Of a stretch of DNA of 64,000 bases, positions 27,355 to 41,422 are shown one piece after another; the first letter of the stretch is position 1; the number at the start of each line of letters is the position of its first letter. The notes below the pieces were generated by a model, which was given only the letters and a program-made list of their open reading frames with translations, did not search any database and had not been told where the DNA came from. The stretch is from positions 2,356,001 through 2,420,000 of the forward strand of contig NC_043022.1 of NCBI RefSeq assembly GCF_006345805.1, written 5' to 3'. A program made the translations under genes and the position numbers. This stretch comes from Octopus sinensis (Eukaryota).

Positions 27355-30300
27355 AGCATATGCGCACGCGCTTATTTGTAAGAAGGTGCTTTATCTACAA
27401 AGCATGTTGTACTTTTTTTAAGATGCAAGGTCCATTTATGTATGTTAGGGAGGTGACCTGGTAAGTGTTGCTTGGAGCACTGGCAGAGATCTCTTTCTGT
27501 ATTTGTTCTGATTAAATGTTCTCCAGGTTCAAATCTCTCTGACATCAAACTTTGCCTTTCATCCTTTCAGGAATCAATTAGAAGAACCAATACCAAGCCA
27601 AGATGCTGGATTAGTTAAAAACTGTTTCGTTAAATTTAGTAAATTGATCATTGTAGTTGTGACCCCCGTGCCGGTAGCACGTAAAAGGCACCATCCGAAC
27701 GTGGCTGATGCCAGTGCCACCTTGACTGGCTTCTATGCCAGTGGCACGTAAAAAGTACCGTCTGATCATGGGCGATGCCAGCTCCTCTGGCCCCTGTGCC
27801 GGTGGCACGTAAATGCACCCACTACACTCTCTGAGTGGTTGGCATTAGGAAGGGCATCCAGCTGTAGAAACACTGCCAGATCAGATTGGGGCCTGGTGCA
27901 GCCCTGGGCTTCTCAGGCCCCAGTCGAACCATCTAACCCATGCCAGCATAGAAAACGGACGTTAAACAATGATGATGATGAATTATTGTGGAAGGTACAT
28001 GGCTTAGTGGTTAGAGTATTTGGTTCTTCATCGAAATACCTGATGGGAAAAAGTACGAAAGAAGATGGAAGAAAGTAGCCCAAATTTTGGGTATATAAGT
28101 GCCAAATTAAGCAGAGTAAAACATAAAAAAGGGGACAAAATAAGCGGAGCTATGCAGGAATGTGGTTGGTGGGCCAAACCCATTCTGCGTCCATTCATTT
28201 TTTTGTTTCTCATTTCTCATTCGAAATTATATTTATTCATGTAATAACATTCGATAAGTCCCCAACTCCATTTGTCCCTTGTATTGTCCCCTTTCAATAA
28301 AATCCTCATACGCTCATAAAATTAATTTGTGGTGGTGCAATGTGTCCTTGAGCAAGACACTTATTTCATGTTATTCCAGTCCACTCAGTTGGCAAAACAA
28401 AAAATGAGTTGTATCTATTTCGAAGAGCCAGCTGTGTCACCCTAAATCTTCCTGAGATCTTTATATTAAGTGTACTCGTGTCTGTGAAGTACTCAGCCGC
28501 TTGCATGTTAATTTCAAAAGCAAGCTGTTCCATCAATCTGATCAACTGGAACTCACGTTGTAACTGACAGAGTGCTAGTTTAATTAATTAATAGGGTCTA
28601 CAATAATTTAGATTGTTTCTAATTAATTCTGGGCGTAGTAAGGTGGAATAAACGATATAGGTGTTTAGGGACTCAAAGAAGCTTAAGTGTTGTGAATTCA
28701 AACATAGACGCAGGAGTGGCTGTGTGGTAAGTAGCTTGCTTACCAACCACATGGTTCCGGGTTCAGTCCCACTGCGTGGTATCTTGGGCAAGTGTCTTCT
28801 GCTATAGCCCCGGGCCGACCAATGCCTTGTGAGTGGATTTGGTAGACGGAAACTGAAAGAAGCTTGTCGTATATATGTATATCCATATATGTGTGTGTTT
28901 GTGTGTCTGTGTTTGTCCCCCTAGCATTGCTTGACAACCGATGCTGGTGTGTTTACATCCCCATCACTTAGCGGTTCGGCAAAAAGAGACCGATAGAATA
29001 AGTACTTAAGGCGGTGCTCCAGCTTGGCCGCAGTCAAATGACTGAAACAAGTATATATGAGTTAGGTGATACTAATAACGTGGTATTCGGACTCGATATA
29101 CATATATGGTTCATAGGTTATATGAGACATGTATTCAGATGAAGCCTTTTGATAACACAACTTGTAGTTCTACAGTACAGACTTCCTGTTTTAAAATTAC
29201 CTTAATTAGAAGTTGCCATTAACCCTTTAGCATTTAAACTGGCCATATCCAGCCAAAAACGTTCCTCCTGCTTAATGTTCAAACTGGCTAGATCCAGTCT
29301 CTCCTACCTATCTTACAATGTTAGTCTAAAACAATCCATGGTCACATAATCAAAATCTCAAGGCTACAAGATAATGCAGGATAAATTCAAAACAATAAGT
29401 GTTATATTGGATAGAATAACCTAAATGCTAAAGGCTTAAAATTTCATTTTAAATTCCAAATGTTCCAAATGCCACCTTTACCCTCTAGCATTTAACCTGA
29501 CTGTATCAAACCCAGATAGCTTGTTTTATGTTCAAACCAGCCAGATTAAGTGTCTCGCTTTTTCATGCTTACAAACAGAATTTGTTGAGGCAGAATTTCT
29601 GCACCTGGATGCCCTTCCTGTTGCCAACCCTCACCTCTTTCCAAGTGAGGTAATATTTTCCCATGACCAGGCATGAAGAACCCTGCTCGTATGATACTGA
29701 CGCTCATTTATAACTATCACATGATGACAAGGCAAGGAGACAGTAACATGCATACAAACATATACATACATACACACCACAGGCTTCTTTCAGTTTCCAT
29801 CTACCAAATCCATGCATAAGGCATTTTGGTTGGCCCAGAGCTATAGTAGGAGACACTTGCCTAAGGTACCATGCAGTGGGACTGAACTTCAGACCGTGCA
29901 GTTGGAAAGCAAACCTCTTACCACACAGCTCCACTTGTGCCTATATATATATATATATATATATTGCCTATATATATATATATATATACCGGAGTAAACA
30001 CATAAATGTGAAACAAGGTGGAAAAAAGAGTACTGAAATACCAGGAGTAGAGTAATATGCTTTATTTGTTATAAAACTGTCCGACAAACGGGAACGTGAA
30101 ACTCCGAGTAACAGGTTTTGTTGAATTTCTGCTGCTTTTAAATAAAGTATATATATATATATATGCCATGTAAAAAGCATCCAGTCCACTCCACAAAGTG
30201 GATGTTTTTAAGAGAAGGCATCCAGCCATAGAAACCCATGTCAAAGTAAACACTGGGGTTTGGTGCAGTTCTTTGGTTCATCAGCTCCTGTCAAACTGTC

Positions 30301-30989
30301 TGATTATGTCAGCATTGAAAACTGGCATTAAATAAAAACGATGATGATGATATAAAGTATTACTTGTGATTTCAAAGCTTGCCTAGGTATACCTTGCCTT
30401 TCATCCTTCCAGTTTTCATAAAATAAGTCTCCAAGTGAGCACTGGGTTTGATTGATTAACCCTTTGACATTTAAACCAGCCATATCCAGCCAAAATATCC
30501 TACCTGTTTTATGTTAAAACTGGTCCGATTTGGCCTCTCATACCAACCCTATATCGTTCTAAAAATTAAGTACCTCATCAAAATCTCAAATGTACAAGAT
30601 ATTGCATGATTAATTCAAAACAGTGTGAATCAATAAGCATTACATCTAACAGAATAGAGTGTAATGTGTAAGTTTTTTTCTCCATCTGTAACACTTTCAT
30701 ATGATTAGTTAAAGGGAAAGGTGAAGAATGAAAGAAAAAGGAGAGAGAGAGAGACAAAAAGCAGGAGAGCACTTTGTGTTAAGTCTACAAAATGGTGCAT
30801 AAAGTATATAAAGTGCATTAGGTAATCATCGTATTCCAATTTCCTTCCCTTTTCAATGAGCGATTATCTTTTGATACAGACACAACACAGGCTACGCTTT
30901 CAGGTTTTTGGATGAAGTTTTTCAGGAATAACCCGATAAGTTTTACCAATTAATTCCATGAAATATTCACAGGTCTTGCTAGTTTGAAT

Positions 30990-31290
30990 AAGCAATAATA
31001 ATGGAGAGTTCTCCAGCTTTCTACTTTATCCAATATCTAAAGAATTCTAGCAAATGATAACCAATAGAAATCAGGTTTTATGGAGAAGATGCAAGTCGGA
31101 TGACTTGCACCAATGTTTACAGTAACTGAGAAAGAAAGCATTGCAATCAGAGAGATAGAGAGTTTGTATGTAAAATAACAGACTTGGATTATGTAGATGA
31201 AGAGTTGAACAATTTTGGTGGGCTGATGACATATTTTGTAGAACAAACTGCAGAAATGTCAATTCAATTTGGTTCACAAAACAACTTGTA
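30990..31290 (+). pseudogene. Highly degenerate LINE reverse transcriptase fragment
   Basis: Frame reading DREFVCKITDLDYVDEELNNFGGLMTYFVEQTAEMSIQFG resembles the (I/L)TDLD(F/Y)ADD motif and the following region of RTE-clade RT. Confidence 0.4.
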
Positions 31291-31348
31291 TGTGCATGTA
31301 TGCATGTGTGTGTAGGTGTGTGAATGTGAGTGTATTAATATATACAGA

Positions 31349-31575
31349 GACGAGCTGGCAGAAACGTTAGCACGCCAGTCGAAATGCGTAGCCGTATTTC
31401 GTCTGTCATTACGTTGTGAGTTCAAATTCCGCCAAGGTCGACTTTGCCTTTCATCCTTTCGGGGTCGATAAATTAAGTACCAGTTACGCACTGGAGTCGA
31501 TGAAATCGACTTAATACCTATGTCTGTCCTAGTTTGTCCCCTCTGTGTTTAGCCCCTTGTGGCTAATAAAGAAAT
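31349..31575 (+). mobile_element. tRNA-derived SINE, family D
   Basis: GAGCTGGCAGAAACGTTAGC head, GAGTTCAAATTCC B-box, core GGTCGACTTTGCCTTTCATCCTTTCGGGGTCGATAAATTAAGTACCAG; copies at ~1695-1910(-), 18220-18450(-), 23245-23445, 58255-58415, 61028-61240. Confidence 0.85.
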
Positions 31576-31625
31576 AAATATATACAGAGAGAGAGAGAGC
31601 TGGTATGTGTATATGTGTCATCATC

Positions 31626-31656
<31 letters not shown>

Positions 31657-31902
31657 CAAAACAGACACAGTAGCCTAGGGTAGTTTTTCTACCTGGCTGG
31701 CTCCTGTCAACTGTCCTACCCATGCATGCATGGAAGATGGATGTTAAACGATGATGATGATGATGGTGATCACACACACACACAGAAGTTTGTGCTATTA
31801 GGAAAAGCAAATTTTGATGTTTTCTGTGCATACTCAGTAAGTGCTGGATCTGTCCTTCCCCCATCCACAAACTTCCATGTATTTATTTAGTATCTCTCTC
31901 AG

Positions 31903-31968
31903 TTGTTAAACCCGAAGATGGATGAGTTCTGCCGGGCTCAGATGTCCAAGACCTTCTACATGTCAAAG
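31903..31968 (+). CDS. Probable NCoR upstream/start exon ((LLNPK)MDEFCRAQMSKTFYMSK)
   Basis: TCTCTCTCAG acceptor, AAG|GTAATT donor, 66 nt open frame with ATG at 31918, phase 0 matching the next exon; no homology recognised. Confidence 0.5.
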
Positions 31969-32539
31969 GTAATTGCTATGAGACGCTGCAGTACCAGGGC
32001 TCAGGGGGCCCATAGATCACTAAATACAATTTAGTTGTATATCAATGGGATGAGTTGGTGGATGAGGAACAGCTTTTCAGTGACAGCACTTGGCCTTCTA
32101 AAGTCTCTATATAATGTTGGATATCACAGTATCAACTAAACCATTAGATGCTGTTGTATACCACTGGTCACAATGCACTTCCAATTCTGTCTTGATTGTG
32201 TCATTGTTTTCCATCTTGACTCAGAATGACTCCACAGCAGAAGTGTTAGACTGACCCTTCCTATGGTGTAAAGCACATGTGGCAGTGCCACATGAAAGTG
32301 TCCATGCAGTGCCACATAAAAGTGCCCATGCAGTGCTACATAAAAGTGTCCATGCAGTGCCACATGAAAAACACCCAGCTCATTCTATAAAGTGGTTAGC
32401 ATTAGGTAGGGCAGCCAGCCATAGAAACCACGATAAATCAGACTGGAGTCTGGTACAGACCCGCAGCTCACCAGGTCTGGTCAAACTGTCCAACCCATAC
32501 CAGCATGGACAATGGACATTAAGTGATGATGATGATTGT

Positions 32540-32790
32540 TTGTCTTCCTATCACCATGGAGGTCTTCCGATGGCCTTTTTCAATCTCATGGATACCACTT
32601 ACCGACCGCATGGTTCTCCCTGTTGTTGTCTGTAAACCTTGCAGCATGTCTGGCCCAGCGGAACTTGGGCTTCTGGTGTTCTGTCATCACATTGTTCACT
32701 CTGCTCTATTTTCGAATTATCTCATTTCAAATATGCTTTTCCGATGGATCTTTCCATGGCCCTTTGCATCGTGGTAGCCCACATCCGACC
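32540..32790 (-). mobile_element. Degenerate RTE-clade LINE C-terminal fragment
   Basis: Minus strand TTMQRAMERSIG...NEIIRK*SRVNNV...KFRWARHAARFTDN...WYP*D*KRP; matches the RTE ORF C-terminal pattern, with stops. Confidence 0.7.
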
Positions 32791-32835
32791 TGTGTATAAA
32801 ATCACAGGTAGGATGATGCTACTGAATGTGTTTAC

Positions 32836-33170
32836 TTGGTAAACACCCACAAAGTTGTCAACCACCTCACCAACAACAACACTGAACACCTTCTTGATCT
32901 CCATGTGTCTAACACACGTGGACATGCCTACAAAGTCAGAAAACAACACAGCTCCCATGACTTTCGGAAACATTTCTTCACGCTCAGAGTTGCTGAAGCA
33001 TGGAATAAACTGCCTGCGTCAGTTGTTGACTGCCATGACACTGCATCCTTTAAGGCCCTCATGCTTTCCAAAATCCGTCGAAACTACACCTGATTATATG
33101 TGCACTTTAGATGAGTTGTAGTACACCTGAGCACTGTACACAATGTTTATTATTATTATTATTATTATTA
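32836..33170 (+). mobile_element. CR1-clade LINE 3' end with (TTA)n tail
   Basis: NTRGHAYKV...RKHFFTLRVAEAWNKLPASVV...SFK is the typical CR1 ORF2 C-terminus, followed by short UTR and TTA repeats. Confidence 0.85.
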
Positions 33171-33404
33171 TCCAACAAGCAAAGAATGTTGGATATAACT
33201 ATTCATGAATGAATAGATTGCTAGATTTTGATGAAAGAGAATATTATTTATTCCATTGGTAAAACAAGCTGTATACTGTATGTTGGTGGAATTGCTATCA
33301 CTTACATGTTTAGCAAAATTTATATTTTTAAAATTTAAGTTTTTTTTTTTAAATCTTCTATATCCATTTGTAATTTTCAACATTTGTTTTCATCTATTTT
33401 TCAG

Positions 33405-33505
33405 GGAAGTCACCACCAGGATTATCGTGAGTTACGCGACCCTGACTATCTGCAGGTTAAAAGACGGATAACATTAATACCTGACTACCATCAGGAAAAA
33501 GAAAG
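33405..33505 (+). CDS. NCOR: Nuclear receptor corepressor exon (GSHHQDYRELRDPDYLQVKRRITLIPDYHQEKE-R)
   Basis: TTTTTCAG acceptor, AG|GTATGG donor; resembles vertebrate NCoR N-terminal RRRPSLLSEFHP..R; ends in phase 2, matching exon 46170. Confidence 0.8.
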
Positions 33506-36419
33506 GTATGGGTATGTTGATTTTGACTTCTAAGGGGGGAGCTAGGTTATAAAATGGTGGAGGTGAATTCTGGGTTTGCTGAGAAAGATTGCAACTGGTT
33601 GTGGATGCCTTAACATGAAGAGTTTAAAGTTAATGATATATATATATATAGGTGCAGGCATGGCTGTGTGGTAAATAGCTTGCTTACCAACCACATGGTT
33701 CTGGGTTCAGTCCCACTGCGTGGTACCTTGGGCAAGTGTCTTCTACTATAGCCTCAGGCTGACCAAAGCCTTGTGAGTGGATTTGGTGGACAGAAACTGA
33801 AAGAAGCCTGTTGTGTATTTGTATATATTTATATGTATGTTTGCATGTCTGTCTGTGTCCCCCTCCATTGCTTGACAACCCTTGTTGGTGTGTTCACGTC
33901 CCCGTAACTTAGCGGTTCAGCAAAAGAGACCAATAGAATAAGTACTAGGCTTACAAAGAAAAGTCCTGGGGTTGAGTTGTTCAACTAAAGGCAGTGCTCC
34001 AGCATGGCCATAGTCAAATGACAAACAAGTAGAAGAATATGCATATATTATTCTCCCTGCTTTATACTGCCTTGATATGACCTCTCACACCTATCCTACA
34101 ATGCCATCCTGCAAACAATCAATCACACCATGAAATAATGCATGATTAATTGAAAACAGTGTGAATAAATAAGAATTACATTTGACAGAGTAATCCGATT
34201 GCTAAAGGGTTAAGTCAGCCATATCCAGCTCAAATATTCTGTTTCATGCTCAAACTATTCAGATCTTGCCTCTCACACCTATCCTGCAATGTCATTTTAA
34301 CGAGAAACAATCGCATCTTTGAAGTCTCAAAGCTATGAGATAACGCATGCTAAAATTCAGAATGTGAATAAATAAATATGACATTTGGCAGAGCAATCTG
34401 AAGGGTTAATGTGGAGTATTTCAGTAATTAGGAGCGGTCTGTAATTAAAATCAAGACATATGACAATTTGTGAATTTTGATTAGAAGCCGTGTACTGGAG
34501 TGGGTCATCTTGGTGCTGCAGGAGGTGAGCTGCTTGCTTTCTAGTTCCTTGTAGTACCACCTAACTGGCCCTCGAGTCGGTGGCACGTAAAAGAACCCAC
34601 TACACTCACAGAGTGGTTGGCGTTAGGAAGGGCATCCAGCTGTAGAAACTCTGCCAGATCAGATTGGAGTCTGGTTCGCCAGTCAAATCGTCCAACCTAT
34701 GCTAGCATGGAAAGCAGACGTTAAACAACAACAACAATGTGATGCTGCTTTGCAGGATGAATCAAGAGGTTTGATACCCTGCAGTATCACATGTAGACTG
34801 GATTAGGTCATATGGAAGTTTATAACCCTTTAGCATTTAGATCAGCCATATCTAGCCCCAATATTCTGCTTTATGCCGAAACTGGCCGGATCTGGCCTCT
34901 CACATCTACCCTGCAACGTCATTCCAAAAATAAGCATAAACAATAATCACCTCGTCAAAATTTGATGCTGTGAGATAATGCATGATGAATTCAAAACATG
35001 AATAAATGTTATATTTGACAGAGCAATCTGAGTCTTTGTTCAATGATCAAATACAAACCCCTGATTTTTCTTGGGTAATGTGTTCATCATAATCTATGTG
35101 GGTTCTCTTCTAAGCTGTGTTTTAACCCTTTAGCATTTAAACCGGCCATATCCGGCCAAAAGTATTCTGCCTGTTTTATGTTCAAACTGGCCGTATCTGG
35201 TCTCTCACACCAACCCTACAATTTCATCTTAAAAATTAACAGCTACCTCATCAAAATCTCATAACTACAAGATAAGGCATGATTAGTTCAAAACAATACT
35301 CTTTTACTTGTTTCAGTCATTTGACTGCGGCCATGCTGGAGCACCACCTTTAGTCGAGCAAATCGACCCCCAGGACTTATTCTTTGTAAGCCCAGTACTT
35401 ATTCTATCGGTTTCTTTTGCCGAACTGCTAAGTGACGGGGACGTAAACACACCAGCATCGGTTGTCAAGCAATGCTAGGGGGACAAACACAGACACACAA
35501 ACACATACACACACATATATATATATACATATATACGACAGGCTTCTTTCAGTTTCCATCTACCAAATCCACTCACAAGGCATTGGTCGGCCCGGGGCTA
35601 TAGCAGAAGACACTTGCCCAAGATGCCACGCAGTGGGACTGAACCCGGAACCATGTGGTTGGTTAGCAAGCTACTTACCACACAGCCACTCCTGCGCCTA
35701 TGTCATGTGTATTGCAAATACAATGTGAATAAAAAAGCATTAACTTTGGCAGAATAATGTGAACGCTAAAGGGTTAATCAGCAAACAAAATCCTTATTGA
35801 TGTTTGAACCTGTTTCAAGTGACTCCTGTGGTCCTGCTGTTGACATTGTTCTTTCCTTGGTAAAGACACTTGACTCTATTTGCACTACTTTTCAATCAAT
35901 ACTGTTATGATGTGTATTGTACTGAGTGGTCGGCACATGGTATTTGCAATACACCTGACAGTTACTGTTGTTAATTAAATAGGTGGTGGTGGTGGTGGTA
36001 GTAGTTGTTCCTTTGGTAGCTCTCAATCATAAGGTTGTGAGTTAGATTCCAGGTAGTGGGTTGTGTCTTTGAGCAAGACACTTTATTCCCCACATTGCTC
36101 CAGTCCACTCAGCTGGCAAAAATGAGTTAGTACCTGTAGCTCAAAGGGACCAGATTTGTCACATCTTGGTGTCAAGCTGAAGAATATCCATGAGAACTAC
36201 ATTCAGGGTACATGTGTCTGTGGAGTACTCAGCCACTTGCATGTTAATTACACAAGCAGGCCGTTCCATTGATTGGCTCAACTGGAACCCTCATTGTTAT
36301 AACCAATGGAATGCCAGTTATCTCACGTCCGCTCTGATGGCAAAAATGAGTAGTACCTGTAATACAAAGGGGCCAGCCTTGTCACATTCTGTGTCACGTT
36401 GAGAACTACATTAACTGTA

Positions 36420-36810
36420 GTGGAGGCGTAATGGCCCAGTGGTTAGGGCAGCGGACTCGCGGTCGTAGGATCGCAGTTTCGATTCCCAGACCGGGCATTG
36501 TGAGTGTTTATTGAGCGAAAACACCTAAAGCTCCATGAGGCTCCGGCAGGGGATGGTGGTGATCCCTGCTGTACTCTTTCACCACAACTTTCTCTCAGTC
36601 TTTCTTCCTGTTTCTGTTGTACCTGTATTTCAAAGGGCCGGCCTTGTCACTCTCTGTGTCACGCTGAATATCCCCGAGAACTACGTTAAGGGTACACGTG
36701 TCTGTGGAGTGCTCAGCCACTTACACGTTAATTTCATGAGCAGGCTGTTCCGTTGATTCGGATCAACCGGAACCCTCATTGTCGTAACCGACGGAGTGCT
36801 TCCATCCATC
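36420..36810 (+). mobile_element. tRNA-derived SINE, family E, full length
   Basis: A box TGGCCCAGTGG, B box GTTTCGATTCC, (CCAT)n tail; 11-bp TSD CATTAACTGTA at 36409-36419 and 36811-36821. Confidence 0.9.
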
Positions 36811-37344
36811 CATTAACTGTATACGTGTCTGTGGAGTACTCAGCCACTTGCATGTTAATTCCATTGATAAGATCAAATTCATAATTTATAGGTTCTAAAT
36901 ATCAGTTTTGCTTTACTAAATCATTCAAACATTTTTACCCATTGAAGAGCCTTAAAACTCTAAAATTTATTTTTAAGAACATAGCCAGTACCGCCTGACT
37001 GGCCCTCATACCGGTGGCACATAAAAGCACCCACTACACTCTTGGAGTGGTTGGCGTTAGGAAGGGCATCCAGCCGTAGAAACTCTGCCAGATCAGATTG
37101 GAGCCTGGTGCAGCCATCTGGTTCACCAGTCATCAGTCAAATCGTCCAACCCATGCTAGCATGGAAAGCAGATGGTAAACGATGATGATAATGTACTTCT
37201 TGAAAGCAGTTGTTTGAATATATTTTCTTTGTCATCTGATATAGGATTTTAACTTTTAATGCAGATTAAAGAAAATTAGGCACAAGATGATTCATGGTGT
37301 CTTTGTTTGGTCCTTAATGAATTTAGCTGGGATTAAATCATTAA

Positions 37345-37489
37345 TATAAGTTTGTCCCAAAAGTTCGTAGAAAGTCTTGGAAAATAATAGTCTTTATTTT
37401 GAGGAATAATTTTTGTTGTTTTTGTTAGTACTTGGCGAGTAAAACTTCAATTTTCGCAAGTGTTTACAAACTTTTGGGACAACCTAATA
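37345..37489. mobile_element. Mariner-like MITE
   Basis: TIRs TTGTCCCAAAAGTTCGTA / TACAAACTTTTGGGACAA, TA-flanked. Confidence 0.6.
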
Positions 37490-38449
37490 CTAGTTATTGT
37501 TATTGCCGTTCCTGGTTGAGTTGATTCTAGCCATGTTTACCACATTCTTTTCCCTTGCACAAGGTACCCTAGATTACATTATCCAGTGTCTCCTTTTGCT
37601 ATTGTTTTTCAAGTTTTCAAGCTGGTTGAACTGCTTACATAGGGACACCTTTGTTGACTCGAACTATTACTAATAACAGACTATAACACGCTTAGTGTTG
37701 GTTGACAAGAGACCACAAGGGGAACCCTTCCACAGGCATAGACCAGTTTAGGTGTCACTGAAGCATACATGCTAAGGGGCAAAACAGTTGTGACCCCAAG
37801 ATACCTGCTGATGATAGGGAAGGGTTTTCCAGCATTGCAGTGAATTCAGAAGAGTTTGCAACACCTCTGAGTTGCTCATACAGTTTCTATATGGGGCAAA
37901 GCAACTCTGTAAAGGGGTTGGCATTAGGGAGGATATCCAGCCCTAGAAACCAAACCAAATCTGTAACCTGGAGCAACTCTCCTGCTCACCATCTTTGGTG
38001 AAACCAACCAACCCATGCCAGCATGGAAAACAGATGTTAAAGGATGATGATGATTTTCCATGCTTGCATGGGTCAGATACAATTTGTGGAGGCCAAATTT
38101 CTAGGTCCAGGCTCCTTTCCTGTTGCCAACCTTCACCTGTTTCTAAGGAACAATATTTTACTGTGTTTTCTTGCAAGATTAGAAACAAAGGCCACCAGTT
38201 GTACGACAGGGACGCTTATCTACAACTGTCATGTGATGTCAAGATTAATACAAAGAGGCTCTAACAAATATACTCACACTTAATGGGCTTCTTTCAGTTT
38301 TTGTCTTATCATGCATTCACCAGGCTTTATTCAACCTGGGGCTATAGTAGAAGACACTTGCCCAAGGTACTGTGCAGTGGGACTGAACCCAAAATCATAT
38401 GGTTTGTAAAGCAAACCTCTTAACCACGCAGCCAATATATATATATATA

Positions 38450-38881
38450 TCTATATATAAACGGCAGTTTGTCTGTCTGTGTGTCTGTCAGGTTGTACAC
38501 TCACCCTGACCACGGCTTTCAACCGATTTTGATGAAACTTGACACACACATAGCCCAATGTCATAATTCAAAACTAACGCAGCAAAAATTTCTAAAAGTT
38601 CCCCCAGTTCTGGAAAAAATTGGTTAATTAAATCATATGTGGCACACATAGCAAACCGATTTGTGTATTAAACACAAACTGTCTAGGGGACACAACTCGA
38701 CCTTTTTATCGCCCAAAGGGACAGCTAGGAACATTCGTATACACAGAAGTATTCGAGTGAAGAGAAGACATTGCAACCTACACATGCGCCTTCGTTCCCT
38801 AGAGGGAAAGAACTAGATTGGGATTAGTCGTTGCCTACTAGGGGCTCTTACATACCCGGGCAACGCCGGGCTATGCTGCTA

Positions 38882-38882
<1 letters not shown>
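38450..38882 (+). mobile_element. Non-autonomous Helitron-like element
   Basis: A|TCTATATATAAACGGCAG ... CCCGGGCAACGCCGGG hairpin, CTAG|T. Confidence 0.8.
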
Positions 38883-38944
<62 letters not shown>

Positions 38945-41422
38945 GTCAAGTACATCAACACCAACATCAAAATAAAAATCAAATGGAAATTGTAGTTAAA
39001 ATACCCGTGCCGGTGCCATGTAAAAAGCACCGTCCGAACGTGGCAGATGCCAGCGCCGCCTGACTGTCGTCCGTGTCGGTGGCACCAGTCGATCGTGGCT
39101 GTTTGCCAGCCTCCTCTGGCCCCTTTTCCAGTGGCACGTAAAAGGCACCCACTACACTCACAGAGTAGTTGACGTTAGGAAGGGCATCCAGCTGTAGAAA
39201 CACTGCCAGATCAAGACTGGAGCCTGGTGCAGCCTCCTGGCTTCCCAGACCCCGGTCGAACCATCCAACCCATGCTAGCAAGGAAAGCGGACGCTAAACG
39301 ATGATGATGGCATACACATACATACATATATATATATATCCTTAAATCCTTAAAAATGTTTTAGCCCGAAGGCCGCGGCCATGCTGGGGCACCACCGCTG
39401 GTATATATATATATAAATAATCATTATGGTAGTTAAATGCAGATAACTGTGCAGATATTATTACAAAGATTTTATAATCCGATAATCATTGTAGCCCTAT
39501 TTTAACTGCTACCCTGCATTGTATGTAAGCAAACACTGCATGATTTGTGCAGATCAATCTGTGGTGGATCAATACCACAGCAGATTTTCAAGTGCCTTAT
39601 CTCCATTAATTCTACTTTGTTGATTTTTTTTTTTTTTCCAACTCCATATATGGACTTATTGTTTTTCTTTTATTGATGGATAAGTAATGTCAATATTATG
39701 GCATGGCGGATTTGATGAATCAGCAGGAAGCAAAAATGGAACACTGGACTAAATGCCTTTCGCTTATTAATTTCTTCCTTTTGTTCACAATTTACTTTTC
39801 CTCCAACTTCCTAGCAACAGTCTAATTGGTTTCTGCGCCGTCTCCCCAACTCCCGTGTAAAATTTATCCCTGTGCCTCGTTAAGACAAAAACAAAAATTC
39901 AGAATAAAAAAAAAAATGCCATGTTAAGGTTTTTGATAACAATAACTAGCTTGTATGCAACGGTGGTTAGTACAAATTGGGTAGTAGACGTGTGTGTGTG
40001 TGGGGGGGGGGGTTCTGGCTGGCCCTAAACACAGACAGACATGACAAGGAGGTAGGGTAGTTGTTTTATTTAAACACTTGATTCAGCATACCAAATGCAT
40101 GTCATACTTCACACTGGTATGAGGCCATTTTGCTGTTTGCTTAACCTGTCTACATTGCACACGTCCTTGTTCAAGTGTCATCAAAACGTTGAATAATACA
40201 CCTCTTTGTAGACATTCTCCCTCTGTCTGTTCGTCTCTCTCTGTCTCTCGCTCCCTTGCAAAGTCGTGAAGGGGCAAGTTCTCATTAAGATTGTTTTTTG
40301 TGTTTTTTTACCATTTGCATTTCATTGGTGGTGATGTAAATCTTACGATGTTATCTGTTTTTTTACCCTTTCGTTACCATATTTCTGTTGAGATGCTCTG
40401 TCTGTGTTTCTTTCAATTAATTTTAAATATAACAAAGAATTTAGTAAAATAACTTCGTTATCATTAACCTAGTGTTAGGAACATAAATTGTGACTAAGGT
40501 TTGGTGGAATATTTTAATTCAAAACTTATGAAAACAAGACATTTGTACTCAGAGCGAGAGGTGGATTCAGCCAGGTTGGTTGGTATAAAAATGGTTAATT
40601 TGTAGATTTTGTTTCACATTGTTTATTGACTTGTTAGAAATAGCAGCCAAATCTTGTGCAAATTGAAGACACATTTGACTGACTGTCTTTAACCCTTTTG
40701 TTACCATATTTCTCTTGATGCTCTGAGTTTTTTTTTCAATTAACTTTAAATATAACAAAGAATTTAGTAAAATAACTTCGTTATTATTAACCTATTATTA
40801 GGAACATAAATTGTGACTAAGGTCTGTGGGAAGATTTTAATTCAAAACTTTTGAAAACAAGACATTTGTACTACAGAGCCAGAAGCGGTTTCAGCCAGGT
40901 TGGTATCAAAATGGTTAAATGATCCAATAATGGTTTGTATTGGAACTACACACAACATACCTATACATGCACACACACACACACACACACATACAGTTAT
41001 ACCTACATACGTAGGAATAATTGTGTTGCATAATGCAATCTTTACAGATGAGTATTGAATGAATAGCAATGATGTAAGTTGGTCGGCAACTTGTTTCTGA
41101 ATCTGACATGCTTAGAACTTAAACAAACAAAGAATCAACATCTGTGATGTTTCCTTCTCAGATATTTGTTGAGAAACTAGGGCAGAAGTAACAACAACAA
41201 CAACAAGAAACAAGGAAGAAAAAAAACATTGATAGATTCCTGTTGTGTCTTCCTATGCCTGTGGCTGTGTGGTAAGAAGCGTGCTTCCCAGTCACATGGT
41301 TCCAGGTTCAGTCCTACTGCATGGCACCTTGGGCAAGGGTCTTCTATTACAGCGTCAGGCGAACCAAAGCCTTGTGAGTGGATTTGGTTGATGGAAGCTG
41401 AAAGAAGCCTGTTGTGTGGGGG

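Noticed and set aside
36420-36495. tRNA gene
   Set aside because: A and B boxes belong to a SINE head that continues into body, tail and TSD
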